DNA of 64,000 bases from an uncultured Acidobacteriota bacterium (lineage in GTDB: Bacteria; Acidobacteriota; Thermoanaerobaculia; Gp7-AA8). The notes below the pieces were generated by a model. The model saw only the letters and a program-made list of their open reading frames with translations, ran no database searches and was not told the origin of the DNA. Each line of letters begins with the position of its first letter. The stretch's first letter is position 1. Where the stretch lies: positions 480,001 to 544,000 of the forward strand of contig CAVUKB010000010.1 of the NCBI GenBank assembly GCA_963741955.1, given 5' to 3'. Both the position numbers and the translations under genes were made by a program. Below, piece by piece: positions 37,203-47,346 of the stretch.

Positions 37203-39632
37203 TCAGGAGTTCGTCTTCCAGAAGATGGGGAAACGGGCCGGGGCCGCGTCGTGCATCAGCGCGTAAACCGCCTCGAAGATACTCTCGCGGTTTGGTTTCG
37301 ACCAGTAATCTCCATCCGAGCCGTATGCCGGCCGGTGCGGCTTTCCGGTGACGGTTCGCGGCTCCGAGTCGAGCAGCTCGTATCCGTGCTGCACCTCGAG
37401 CACGTTGCGCAGCATGAACGCCGTCGTCCCGCCGGGGACGTCCTCGTCGACGAAGACGACGCGGCTGGTCTTCTCCAGCGACTCCGAGATCTTCCCGTGA
37501 AGGTCGAACGGAAGGAGCGTCTGCACGTCGATCACTTCCGCGTGAATGCCGCTTCTCGCGAGGAGATCCGCTGCATCGAGGACGATCCGGCACGACGCGC
37601 CATAGGTGACGATCGTGACGTCGCTCCCTTCCCGGAGGATCTCCGGAGCCCCGAGTGGAACCGTGAAGTCCCCGATGTTGTTGGGACGTCTCTCCTTCGC
37701 ACGGTATCCGTTGAGCACTTCGACCAGAATCGCCGGATCGTCTCCGCGGAGGAGAGTGTTGTACATCCCCGCGGCCTGCTCCATGTTCCGCGGTACGCAG
37801 ACGTGCATTCCTCGCACGAGATTGAGGATTCCCGCCATCGGAGATCCTGAATGCCAGATTCCTTCGAGCCGGTGTCCGCGGGTGCGGATGATCACCGGAG
37901 CCTTCTGTCCCCCGCGGGTCCTCCAGCGAACGGTGGCAAGATCGTCGGACATGATCTGGAGCGCGTAAAGGACGTAGTCGAGGTACTGAATCTCCGCGAT
38001 CGGACGGAGACCGCGCAGGGCCATTCCGATCGCCTGACCGATGATGGTGCACTCGCGGATCCCGGTATCCGAGACCCGTAGCACACCGTATTTCTCCTGC
38101 AATCCGGCGCAGCCCTGGTTCACATCGCCGAGGTGCCCGACGTCTTCGCCCATGATGAAGAGGTTCGGCATCCGCTCGAGGGCGGCGTCGAAGCAGGCGT
38201 TGATCACTTCGAAACCGTTGACTACCGGCGAGCCGTCGCTGAACTGCGGTTCGACCGCCTCGATCTTCAAAGGCGATTCCTCGCTCTCGCTGTAAAGATC
38301 CGAATCGTACCGATCCGCGTTCACTCTCTGCTGCCGGTTGCGCCATTCGACGAGCGCGGACAGCTCGGGAGTCGAGTCGGTCCTGGCCTCGAAGATCACT
38401 TCCGTCGCGGTGCGCATCAGATCGCGTCGCATCGGGGTCTGGATCCGCTCGAGAGCGGAGCGTACCGCCGCGATCTTCTCCCGGTTCGCACTCGCACTCT
38501 CGACTCCGGCAATCATCCCCAGCAGCTCGTTCATCTCGGCCATCACCGGGGCGCGGTAGCTCTCCCACGCGCTCTTCTGCGCATGGCGGACGTGCTCGCG
38601 CTCCTCGGCTTCGATCCGGTCGAGCTCATCCCCCCCGGCGATTCCCCGGAAGATCATCCACTCCCGCATCTGCCGGATGCAGTCGTACTCCTCTTCCCAT
38701 TCCAGCCGCTCGCGCGACTTGTAGCGCTCGTGGCTTCCGGACGTGGAATGCCCCTGCGGCTGGGTGAGCTCGACCACGTGAAGGATCGCAGGAACGTGCT
38801 CCATCCGGACGATGGCGGCGGCGTTGATGTACGTCTCGCAGAGCGACGGATAGTCCCAGCCACGGACGGTGTAGAGGTCGAATCCCTGACGCGATTCCGA
38901 TCGCCGCTGAAATCCGCTGAGCACTTCGGAGAGATTTCCTTTCGCGATCTGGAATTCGTTCGGAACGGAGATCCCGTAGTTGTCGTCCCAGATCGACAGA
39001 ATCACCGGCGCACCGAGGACTCCGATCGCGTTGACCGACTCCCAGAACATCCCCTCGGCGCAGCTCGCGTTGCCGATCGTGCCGAAGGCGACCTCGTCGC
39101 CGTTGTGTGAGAAGCGGGTGAACGAGCGAAGCTCTTCGATCTCGCGGTAGAGCCGCGAAGCGTAGCCGAGGCCGACGAGGCGAGGCATCTGCGAGCCGGT
39201 GGGGGAGAGGTCGGGCGAGGAGACCGGCATCCCGGTCAGGTCGCGCCAGGAGCCGTCGGGCTCCAGGGTGCGGCTGGCGAAATGGCAGTTCATCGAACGA
39301 CCGCCCGACGCGGGATCGCACGCGATGTCGGGATTCGCATAGAGCTGGGCGAAGAACTCTTCGACCGTGGTCATTCCGGCCGCGAGCATGAAGGTCTGAT
39401 CGCGGTAGTAGCCGGAGCGGAGATCTCCCTTCCGGAACGCCCGGGCCATCGCCAGCTGCGCGACCTCTTTTCCATCGCCGAAGATTCCGAACTTCGCCTT
39501 CCCGGTCAGGACTTCTTTCCGTCCGATCAGACTCGCCTGGCGGCTGCGGTATCCGATGCGGAAATCGTGAACGATGCTCTCTCTGCTGAACTCGACGCTG
39601 GCCGGTTCGGTGGTCTGCTTTTCGGTCTGCAT
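37203..39632 (-). CDS. Fused alpha/beta 2-oxoacid dehydrogenase E1 (ThDP-dependent)
   Basis: GKAKFGIFGDGKE, TIGNASCAEG..WDDNYGISVP, GEDVGHLGDVNQG, DTGIRECTI, EIQYLDY. Confidence 0.93.
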   Translation of the reverse strand: MQTEKQTTEPASVEFSRESIVHDFRIGYRSRQASLIGRKEVLTGKAKFGIFGDGKEVAQLAMARAFRKGDLRSGYYRDQTFMLAAGMTTVEEFFAQLYANPDIACDPASGGRSMNCHFASRTLEPDGSWRDLTGMPVSSPDLSPTGSQMPRLVGLGYASRLYREIEELRSFTRFSHNGDEVAFGTIGNASCAEGMFWESVNAIGVLGAPVILSIWDDNYGISVPNEFQIAKGNLSEVLSGFQRRSESRQGFDLYTVRGWDYPSLCETYINAAAIVRMEHVPAILHVVELTQPQGHSTSGSHERYKSRERLEWEEEYDCIRQMREWMIFRGIAGGDELDRIEAEEREHVRHAQKSAWESYRAPVMAEMNELLGMIAGVESASANREKIAAVRSALERIQTPMRRDLMRTATEVIFEARTDSTPELSALVEWRNRQQRVNADRYDSDLYSESEESPLKIEAVEPQFSDGSPVVNGFEVINACFDAALERMPNLFIMGEDVGHLGDVNQGCAGLQEKYGVLRVSDTGIRECTIIGQAIGMALRGLRPIAEIQYLDYVLYALQIMSDDLATVRWRTRGGQKAPVIIRTRGHRLEGIWHSGSPMAGILNLVRGMHVCVPRNMEQAAGMYNTLLRGDDPAILVEVLNGYRAKERRPNNIGDFTVPLGAPEILREGSDVTIVTYGASCRIVLDAADLLARSGIHAEVIDVQTLLPFDLHGKISESLEKTSRVVFVDEDVPGGTTAFMLRNVLEVQHGYELLDSEPRTVTGKPHRPAYGSDGDYWSKPNRESIFEAVYALMHDAAPARFPIFWKTNS

Positions 39633-39855
39633 TGCTTCTCCGACGATGATCTGCAGGTTCTCCCGGATCCCGATCCGCAGCAGGGGGGCGCTGTTCGTGC
39701 GGGTTGCTGCCGCTCTGACAGCGCACCCGTCCTGCGAGCGGCAGAGCCGCCTGCCGGCGAGCCCGGGGATGAAGATTTATACCATGATCGGCAGATTCGG
39801 CGGTGCGGCGGCCTGATCCAAGGAAGCGCCGGCCGCGACTCGGATTCGTTTCGAC

Positions 39856-40539
39856 TCAGACTTTGCGGCGGCGGACGGAAGTGGAAGACGTTTTCCGGGA
39901 GGCTGGCCGGCTCCGCTTCGGCTTGTCCACGCGGAGCATTCCGTTCCGGAGCATGTCCGCGATCTCCCGGATCACCGACTCGCTGTCTTTCCCGAAATGG
40001 TCTTTCACGCCGAAGAGAATCTCGACCGAGAAGTAGTTGAGATAGAAGCGGGTGGCGAGCATGAGAGCCGAGACCGGCGAGATGCCGGAGCGGAGCTTCT
40101 TTTCGATCTTCTGGCGCCGCCCGTCCTGAGCGAGGAAGGCCTCGTAACGCTTCCACATTTCGGAGTAGAACTTCCGGATGTGGCTTCCGTCGAACTCCAC
40201 GACGTCGACATAGATCAGCGCGACGTACTTCCTGTAACGCGACACGCTCTCGCGGGAGGCGAAACCGACGATCTCGAGGTTGTCCGGGAACTCGCCCCTG
40301 GCCAGGGCGGCGTTGAGCGGAAAATCGGGTTGCGCGATCGCGCTCCAGTATTCGTCGAGGAGCTCTCGGAAGATGGTCTCCTTGTCCGGGAAGTGGTGGT
40401 ACACGTTTCCCGTGGAGACTGCGGCGGCCTCGGCGATCTCCCTCACGCTGGTCGCTCGGTATCCCTGATGGGAGAAGAGAATCAGTGCTGAGTCGAGGAT
40501 CTGACGGCGGCTCCGTTCGGAGCGTTCTTCCTGAAGCAT
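39856..40539 (-). CDS. TetR/AcrR-family transcriptional regulator
   Basis: ILDSALILFSHQGYRATSVREIAEAAAVSTGNVYHHFPDKETIF. Confidence 0.93.
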   Translation of the reverse strand: MLQEERSERSRRQILDSALILFSHQGYRATSVREIAEAAAVSTGNVYHHFPDKETIFRELLDEYWSAIAQPDFPLNAALARGEFPDNLEIVGFASRESVSRYRKYVALIYVDVVEFDGSHIRKFYSEMWKRYEAFLAQDGRRQKIEKKLRSGISPVSALMLATRFYLNYFSVEILFGVKDHFGKDSESVIREIADMLRNGMLRVDKPKRSRPASRKTSSTSVRRRKV

Positions 40540-40689
40540 AAAAACCGACCAGGTGTCAGGTTAACTGCCGGGTCGGAGCCGGTCAAGGAAAGGTTTCGGT
40601 TCGAGAGTCGACGATCTCCGGTGGAGGGTCAGACGTTCAAAGCGACGGCGGAGACCGCTAGAAGAGACGTGCGCGAGTGCAATCCCGGA

Positions 40690-40965
40690 TCAGAAGATCA
40701 GATGCGCCCCGACGAAGACGATCATGGCCAGGAACAGCAGCGGAATCATCACCGCAGCGATCGTCAACAGAATCGGGATGACCACCGACGCGACGACGGT
40801 CAGCACCACGAGAACGATGAGCCACTTGAGAAGAACGAAGACGAGGCTGATCGGGAAGAAGATGATCTTCATCGTCGCGCCGATCAGCGACGCGATCAGG
40901 ACGAGACCGAAGAGGACCACTCCGGCCACTGCCATGGCGACGAGAACTCCGAAAAGCTCCAGCAT
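40690..40965 (-). CDS. Small, very hydrophobic membrane protein
   Basis: RBS GAGGAGG; 91 aa, almost entirely hydrophobic. Confidence 0.7.
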   Translation of the reverse strand: MLELFGVLVAMAVAGVVLFGLVLIASLIGATMKIIFFPISLVFVLLKWLIVLVVLTVVASVVIPILLTIAAVMIPLLFLAMIVFVGAHLIF

Positions 40966-41022
40966 CTCGACCTCCTCGTCAGGAGATACGGAAGGACGGC
41001 TGGTTTGTTTCGTCCGCCGCGG

Positions 41023-41253
41023 CTACCAGGGAGGGGTCTCGTCCGCGATCCGGGCGATCTCTTCGGGGGTGAGCTCCGGCTCGAGATCGACCGCCGGGCC
41101 GGAGCTCTCGCCGCTGTGCTCTTCGCGGCCGCTGCCGCTGTAGCCGAGAACTTCGGAACCGTCGGCCCAGAGAATCTTCTGCATCTCGTTCTCCACCGCT
41201 CCCTTTTCGTCGCCGGCGCGCTCGATGACGGGCGCTTCCAGTAATGTGGCCAT
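41023..41253 (-). CDS. Small acidic hypothetical protein (76 aa)
   Basis: RBS AGGAGG before ATG 41253; MATLLEAPVIE...IADETPPW. Confidence 0.6.
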   Translation of the reverse strand: MATLLEAPVIERAGDEKGAVENEMQKILWADGSEVLGYSGSGREEHSGESSGPAVDLEPELTPEEIARIADETPPW

Positions 41254-41417
41254 CACGTTCCTCCTGAGCCAATCTGTGTCAGCAGTGGCGGAGCGTACAA
41301 GTCCCGGGATCACGGTTGGATGTGACGGGAGGTTCGGGGGTCGAGGATTCGCAGGAAGGATCCGGGGTCGTTCCGAGTCGTCGCAGGACGTCAGAACCGG
41401 CCTGAACGTCCTCGAAA

Positions 41418-41465
41418 TTGTGGGTTGTGGAACCTCTGAGACTGTCTCGATCCCACAACCCACAA
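41418..41465. repeat. Inverted heptamer pair forming a hairpin downstream of ompW
   Basis: TTGTGGGTTGTGG ... CCACAACCCACAA, a perfect 13-bp inverted repeat. Confidence 0.75.
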
Positions 41466-41472
41466 CCAGCGC

Positions 41473-42132
41473 TCAGAACTGGAACGAAAGCCCCGCCGCC
41501 ACCATCAGCGGATTGATGTCGACCTTGGTGGTCTGCCCCGGCCCTGATGCGAATTCCGCCTTCGCTGAAGAGCGGACCGGAACGTATTTGACGTCACCGA
41601 GAATCGCGAGATGCGGAGAGAGGTCGAAACTCAGCCCGGCATTGGCGACGAATCCGCCGTCGTCCTGAAAGTCGATCTTCCGCAGCGTGACGTTGTTCAG
41701 ATCACTGATGTTGTCGACGTTGTCGAACAGCACGTACGCCACTCCGGCGCCGAGGTATGGATCGACGCGGCCGTTCGGGTTGAAGTGGTACTGCAGAGTT
41801 CCGGTGATCGGAATCATCTGCAGACTCCCTCCGGTGAATGCGGGGACGGCCGGGTTGTTCGATGTGAACGCAACGTCGGGATTCACCACCGACACCGCGA
41901 ACTCGGTCGAGATCCGGTCTGCCCAGAACACGTTGATCGCTGCGCCGTACCCGACTTTCGAATTGAAGTTCAGGTTGGCGTTGTCGATGGCATTCGGCCC
42001 CTGGAACGTGTGATCTCCACTCAGATCGACCCAGTTCGCGAATGCGCTGACGTCGACCGAGCGGCTCTGTGCAAAGATCGGAACTGCCACGAATGCGGCG
42101 ATGACGAACATACTGACGATGGTTTTCTTCAT
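41473..42132 (-). CDS. OmpW-family outer-membrane beta-barrel
   Basis: Signal peptide; PITGTLQYHF, PYLGAGVAY, DVKYV, DINPL, C-terminal FQF. Confidence 0.88.
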   Translation of the reverse strand: MKKTIVSMFVIAAFVAVPIFAQSRSVDVSAFANWVDLSGDHTFQGPNAIDNANLNFNSKVGYGAAINVFWADRISTEFAVSVVNPDVAFTSNNPAVPAFTGGSLQMIPITGTLQYHFNPNGRVDPYLGAGVAYVLFDNVDNISDLNNVTLRKIDFQDDGGFVANAGLSFDLSPHLAILGDVKYVPVRSSAKAEFASGPGQTTKVDINPLMVAAGLSFQF

Positions 42133-42318
42133 AAGTCCTCCCAAAGTTATTCGGATCGGGAGGAAAGCAAGATCGCGGCCCGACTGATCGTTGGGTCCGC
42201 GTATCTTTTTTGAGTTGTTCCGGCCGAGGTCGCGGGCCGGGAGTTTGCGCGGCAGAAATGTCGAGCGCTCGAGGGCATCGCGGTGACGTTCCCGCCCGCA
42301 ATCCGCAGCCCAACAGCC

Positions 42319-43263
42319 TCAAGGCTGGCGCCCGGGACGTGCGTTCTCCGCTCCGGCGATGGCCATCCGCGCCGCTCCGTCGACCGGCATCTCGCGCGGC
42401 GGGGCGAGCCACATGTTCGGACAGGCCTCGCGAATGGTGCGCTCCATCGGGTCGATGAGAAACGCGCCGGCGTGGAACGCCCCTCCGACGTAGGCCACCG
42501 CACAGGTGTGGCTCTTCATCTCCAGCTGACCCGCTACTGCGACCACCGCTTGCCCCAGCTCGTCTCCGGCTTCGCGCAGGATCTGTACCGCGACGTCGTC
42601 TCCCTTGTTCGCCGCCTCGATGATCAGCCGGGTGTACGCCGCGATGTCGTATGCGCGCGTGGTCGGCGCATACACGAAGAGGGGGAGATCGCGCGGCTCG
42701 CAGAGGTCGTGATGTGCGCAGACGAGATCGGTGATGATGGTCTGCGGTCCGCGCCCGTCGAATGCTCGCACCACCGCGGAGAGTCCTTCGCGCGCGATGG
42801 AGTAACCGCTTCCTTCGTCTCCGATGGTCGGTCCCCATCCGCCAGCTCTCGCTTCGTCTCCTCGGTCGTTGCGACCGAACGCGACCGATCCGGTGCCGGA
42901 GATGATCACGATTCCTTCGCCGAGACCGATCCCCGCGGTCAGTGCGATGCGTGCGTCGCTGGCGACGGTGAAATTTCCGCGGGGAAAGAACGAGCCGAGC
43001 GCGCCGACCAGGCGCTTCCTGTGCTCCGGATGATCGGCTCCGGCGATCCCGCAGTAGGTGAAGGCCACCTGCTCGAAGTCCGCGTCCGCCGCCCGCACCG
43101 CCTGGAGGATGGCCTTTTCGAGCTCGATCCGCGCGGAGTCGAGACCGACGCGGAGGAAATTCGAAGGACCTGCTTCGCCGCGCCCCAGCGGATGCATCGA
43201 TTCGTCGACGACGATCGAGCTGGTTTTCGAACCGCCGCCGTCGACTCCGATGTACAGACTCAT
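42319..43263 (-). CDS. BadF/BadG/BcrA/BcrD ATPase family (N-acetylglucosamine/MurNAc kinase-like)
   Basis: IGVDGGGSKT, GPSN, GIAGAD, ISGTGS, RAGGWG..IGDEGSGY. Confidence 0.9.
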   Translation of the reverse strand: MSLYIGVDGGGSKTSSIVVDESMHPLGRGEAGPSNFLRVGLDSARIELEKAILQAVRAADADFEQVAFTYCGIAGADHPEHRKRLVGALGSFFPRGNFTVASDARIALTAGIGLGEGIVIISGTGSVAFGRNDRGDEARAGGWGPTIGDEGSGYSIAREGLSAVVRAFDGRGPQTIITDLVCAHHDLCEPRDLPLFVYAPTTRAYDIAAYTRLIIEAANKGDDVAVQILREAGDELGQAVVAVAGQLEMKSHTCAVAYVGGAFHAGAFLIDPMERTIREACPNMWLAPPREMPVDGAARMAIAGAENARPGRQP

Positions 43264-43372
43264 CACTCTCCTCACCCGTGACGGTATCGCTGTTGCACAG
43301 TATGAGCCCGCCGGCGTGCACCGGACATCCGAACTCTCTGCGCGAGCCGGCAGAAAGACAGGAGGACGATTC

Positions 43373-43858
43373 ATGATACCGAAAGTAGTGAAGAGTATGG
43401 GAATCCTGGTCGGTCTCGTCGCCCTCGCGACGGTGGGATGCAAGTCATCCGGCACCGCGGTGACCCAGCGGGGTCAGGTGATGAAGATCTCGATCGATGG
43501 CCCATCCTCGATGGCCGAAGGAGAGACATCCGACATCCGGGTGAACGTAGCGAATTACGGCGTGAACAAACTCTCCAACGTGGTGTATCAGGTGGAAGTT
43601 CCGCCGCGGCTGGTGGTGCTGGAAGAGAATCACGGTGCAGGGATGAACCTGACTGCAGCGATCACCCCGGACGGCTCGAAACTGTACGCGTACCGGATCG
43701 GAGGCCTCAATCCGGGAGAGAAGTCGGAAGCGCGTTTCAAAGTTCGCGCATCGTTCGGCTCGTTCGACACGAGCGGTGACATCAAAGTCACCGCCTGGCA
43801 GGAGGACCTTCCGAACAACAAGCTGATCGAAACGCACGCCATCAAACTCAAGAGTTGA
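43373..43858 (+). CDS. Lipoprotein with an Ig-like (DUF11-like) domain
   Basis: Lipobox TVGC; beta-rich, VANYG, GGLNPGEK; RBS AGGAGG. Confidence 0.75.
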   Translation: MIPKVVKSMGILVGLVALATVGCKSSGTAVTQRGQVMKISIDGPSSMAEGETSDIRVNVANYGVNKLSNVVYQVEVPPRLVVLEENHGAGMNLTAAITPDGSKLYAYRIGGLNPGEKSEARFKVRASFGSFDTSGDIKVTAWQEDLPNNKLIETHAIKLKS

Positions 43859-43867
43859 CCCTTATTT

Positions 43868-43991
43868 TGAGCGGTGAGCGGTGAGCGGTGAGCGCAGAAT
43901 GTTCTCGAGCCTGGTGTAGAAACAGAAGAGTCTTACGCTCGTCGCTCGTCGCTCGTCGCTCGTCGCTCGTCGCTCGTCGCTCGTCGCTCGC
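43868..43991. repeat. Opposed heptamer arrays (TGAGCGG x3 / CGCTCGT x7)
   Basis: Arrays at 43868-43894 and 43936-43991 share the complementary GAGCG/CGCTC core. Confidence 0.88.
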
Positions 43992-44023
43992 CTCCCGCCT
44001 CTCCCTCCCGTACAATTCCCGGC

Positions 44024-44776
44024 ATGGAATTGAAGCAGGAACAGAACAAGATCAAGATCCCCGGGAAACCTCGCGAGACGATGGAGGACCGGCATCTCCT
44101 CGACCGTCCCACTCTAGCCGCAACCCTGCAGAGCGACTCGTGGCGTGTGCTGCGGATCACCAGCGAGTTCGTGACGGGATTCGACCAGCTCTCGGATATC
44201 TATCCTGCAGTCTCGATCTTCGGCTCGGCGCGGACGCTCCCCGACAACCCCTACTACGAGAGGTGCGTCGCCACCGCAGAATGCCTCGGCCGTGCCGGCT
44301 TCGCCATCATCAGCGGCGGAGGACCGGGGATGATGGAAGCGGCGAACCGCGGCGCGCGCCAGGCGGGCGCACTCTCAGTCGGCTGCAACATCGAGCTGCC
44401 GTTCGAGCAGCAGGTGAATCCGTACGTCGACAAAGCACTGACGTTCCGCTATTTCTTCGTCCGCAAGACGATGTTCGTGAAGTACTCCGAGGCGTTCATC
44501 GCGTTTCCGGGGGGCTTCGGAACTCTCGACGAGCTGTTCGACGCGCTCACATTGATCCAGACCCAGAAGATCTCGGATTTTCCGGTGATCCTCTTCGGCG
44601 TCGATTACTGGAGTGGATTGATCGGGTGGCTTCGCGACACGGTGCTCGCTGCAGGAAACATCGTCAGCCAGGACGTCGACAGCATTCACGTTGTGGACGA
44701 CCCGGACGAGGTGGCGAATATCGTCTCCGATTACCACCGGCAGGCACTGGCGAACAACGGGAAGAGCTCACGCTGA
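44024..44776 (+). CDS. LOG-family (TIGR00730-like) nucleotide phosphoribohydrolase
   Basis: VSIFGSAR, SGGGPGMMEAANRG, FFVRKTMF, PGGFGTLDE. Confidence 0.93.
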   Translation: MELKQEQNKIKIPGKPRETMEDRHLLDRPTLAATLQSDSWRVLRITSEFVTGFDQLSDIYPAVSIFGSARTLPDNPYYERCVATAECLGRAGFAIISGGGPGMMEAANRGARQAGALSVGCNIELPFEQQVNPYVDKALTFRYFFVRKTMFVKYSEAFIAFPGGFGTLDELFDALTLIQTQKISDFPVILFGVDYWSGLIGWLRDTVLAAGNIVSQDVDSIHVVDDPDEVANIVSDYHRQALANNGKSSR

Positions 44777-47254
44777 GCCGGGCTCACCGCCCCTCGCATT
44801 TTCCAGACGCCTGCGGAGCGGGAACGCGATGGTCGCCAGCACCGCCGCAGCCGCGAAGAATGGCGCGGGAACGATTCCCCCCGTGAGCGCTGCGAGGGAG
44901 AGCGCGATCACGTTGAAGATGATCGCCAGCCGGATCCGCTTCCGGATCGAGCCGATCATCGCACGGGCGGTCTCGCAGATCTCGGCGAGGATTCCCGGCT
45001 CTTCGCCGGTGATGATCATGTCCGCGTCGAGATTCGATGCCGCCGGGCCGAATGCGATCCCGAGATCGGTCGCAGCGAGAAACTGAAGATCTCGAGGATC
45101 GGCGCTGACGCCGGCAACCGGCGACTCGCGCCGGAGAGACGTCGCGATCTCGATCCGTCGTCCGGACGATGCGGCGGCGGTGAAGGCGGCGATCCCTGCT
45201 GCGGATGCAATCGCACCCGCAGTCGCCACGTCTTCACCGGAGAGAATACGCGGTTCGAATCCGAGGGCTTCGATCCGGTGCATCGCGGCGGGAGCCGCGG
45301 GACGGGCGGCGTCCGACACGACGATCAGCCCCGACAGCTGCTGCTCGATGGCGATGCCGATCGTGTTCTTCCCCGCTGCCGTGAAGCCGGCGAGCTCTTC
45401 GGAGATTCCGCTGACGTCGATCCCCTCGGCGGCGAGAAATTCAATCCGGCCGACCCGCACCGTCCGTCCGTCGACCACCGAACGCACTCCTTTTCCTTCG
45501 CTGCCGTGGTAATCCCGGCGCTCGGCACCCGCCGCGACCGCGTTCCCTCGTGACGCGATCGCTCGCGCGACCGGATGATCGGCATTCTCTGCCGCAGCGG
45601 AAGCGACGCGGAGAAGCTCGCTCTGGCTGATGCCGCCGAGAAGCACGTACTCGGTGACGCGAGGATTCCCTCCCGTGATCACGCCACGCGGGCGCAGCAG
45701 GAGAGCCTGGACGCGACCGAGCACGTCGTAGCAGCTCGCGCTGCGCGCGTACACTCCGATCTCCGTCCCACGGCGGAGTGCCGCGTCGTGAAATGCTGCC
45801 GAAACGAGTGAGACTGCACGCGGCGCCACCGCGACGAGGACCGCGGCGAACGCGGCGATGGCATACGACCACGGATGCGCCGGTGTGAGGATCGCCCATC
45901 CGGCAAGTGCAGCCGGCGCCAGCAGCGCCGTTGCCACCATCAACGCACGCGACGCCTTCATCTCCGCCGGGCCGACGGGGCGTGAGAGCACCGCCGCCAT
46001 TCGTTTGTGCATCGTCTCGTTCGCCGCCGCCGTAACGCGTACTCGCAGTGTTCCTTCGACGATCCGGCAACCGGAGAAGAGCGGGTCACCGGTCGACTTC
46101 GAGACGGCGTTCGGCTCGCCGGCCGTCATCTCTTCGACACGCGCTTCCCCCTCCACCACCGTCCCGTCGATCCACGCCTGGTCACCTTTGCGCAGCTCGA
46201 CGACGTCGTCCGTCGAGATCTCCGCAGCGGGAACCTCGACGACACGATCTCCTTTCACCAGGCGCGTCTCGCCGCCGTCGAGCTTCGCGAACCGATTGCT
46301 CCAGGAAGCTGCGCGCTGCCGCGCCGTCGTGTCGGCCCTCACTGCAATCAGCCACACCAGTACCAGCCACGAAGCGGTGACATAGTGCAGCCCGGTCACG
46401 ACTCCCGCGTCTGGCGCGAGGAGCGAAACGAAGGTTTGGGCCATCGAGGCCAGCAGCAGAGTCGCAACCGACACGGTGTACAGCAATCCGGCGGAGATCC
46501 GCCCTCTCCGCAGTGACGCCCATCCTACGATCGCAGCGTCCTTCATCAGCCATCCGAGGAGGAGAGCGATCGCGATCAGGGCGCCGCCCGCGACTCCCGC
46601 GCGAAGAAGTCCGAGCGAAGGCCAGGACGAGAGTGCCGCCGTTCGGATCCAGGCGTATGCGGCTCCGGAATCGCCGAATGTCGCGAGCGACACTTCGAGC
46701 AGAGTCGCACCGCCGGCTGCGAGGAACGCGAGGATGATCGCGCCCCACCCGATTCCGCTCCGGACTTTCTGTTCTTTGTCGACTGCGGCGTAGCCCGATC
46801 TCCGGATTGCGGCGTGAATCGCCTGGATGTCGGTCTGAACCGGATCGTACTCGACGAGGATCTCGTCGCGGAGAAGGTCGATCTCGACCGCGCTGACACC
46901 GTGGAGCGATTCGATCGACCGCCGGATGGAAAGAGCGTCGGGAGCGTCGAAGGAGACGCCGCGGAGGTGAAGGCGAGTCCTTGATCGGCCGGGATCGAAT
47001 CCGGCCGATTCGATCAGCGGCAGGAGTGACGGGAGGGCTTTTTCATCGTCCAGAGAAAGGGTCGCCTGCTGCTGGAAGAGGCTGACCCGGATGGACCGGA
47101 CTCCCGGTTCGCTCCCCAGTCTCGTCTCGAGCCGGCGCGCGCAGCACTGGCAATCGAGGCCTGGAAGCGAGAGGGTGAGCGTGACGGCCTTGGCTCCGGA
47201 GTCGTTCGCTCGAGGATCAGTCTGCCTGTGCATGTCAGCGCTGGTGCTTCGCAT
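44768..47254 (-). CDS. Heavy-metal P1B-type ATPase homolog with degenerate catalytic motifs
   Basis: HMA GLDCQCC, TM/A/N/P domain order, HP and GKGV retained; DKTGT, CPC and GDGxND absent; start 47254 or 47233. Confidence 0.8.
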   Translation of the reverse strand: MRSTSADMHRQTDPRANDSGAKAVTLTLSLPGLDCQCCARRLETRLGSEPGVRSIRVSLFQQQATLSLDDEKALPSLLPLIESAGFDPGRSRTRLHLRGVSFDAPDALSIRRSIESLHGVSAVEIDLLRDEILVEYDPVQTDIQAIHAAIRRSGYAAVDKEQKVRSGIGWGAIILAFLAAGGATLLEVSLATFGDSGAAYAWIRTAALSSWPSLGLLRAGVAGGALIAIALLLGWLMKDAAIVGWASLRRGRISAGLLYTVSVATLLLASMAQTFVSLLAPDAGVVTGLHYVTASWLVLVWLIAVRADTTARQRAASWSNRFAKLDGGETRLVKGDRVVEVPAAEISTDDVVELRKGDQAWIDGTVVEGEARVEEMTAGEPNAVSKSTGDPLFSGCRIVEGTLRVRVTAAANETMHKRMAAVLSRPVGPAEMKASRALMVATALLAPAALAGWAILTPAHPWSYAIAAFAAVLVAVAPRAVSLVSAAFHDAALRRGTEIGVYARSASCYDVLGRVQALLLRPRGVITGGNPRVTEYVLLGGISQSELLRVASAAAENADHPVARAIASRGNAVAAGAERRDYHGSEGKGVRSVVDGRTVRVGRIEFLAAEGIDVSGISEELAGFTAAGKNTIGIAIEQQLSGLIVVSDAARPAAPAAMHRIEALGFEPRILSGEDVATAGAIASAAGIAAFTAAASSGRRIEIATSLRRESPVAGVSADPRDLQFLAATDLGIAFGPAASNLDADMIITGEEPGILAEICETARAMIGSIRKRIRLAIIFNVIALSLAALTGGIVPAPFFAAAAVLATIAFPLRRRLENARGGEPGSA

Positions 47255-47346
47255 TCAACCACGACCTGATGTTATTTGTGGCATTTGTCTAGCACCGTTT
47301 TCTCCAGAGCACGAAGTCGTGTGCCCGGCCGTGGAGGGAGGATTAA

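Noticed and set aside
39633-39790. Possible riboswitch in the 2-oxoacid dehydrogenase leader
   Set aside because: Only one convincing stem (CTGCCGCTC/GAGCGGCAG) and no recognisable aptamer consensus such as TPP
42166-42182. Possible sigma54 site upstream of ompW (GGGCCGCGATCTTGC on the minus strand)
   Set aside because: The spacing fits but the -24 element departs from TGGCAC and no supporting site was seen; too weak to call
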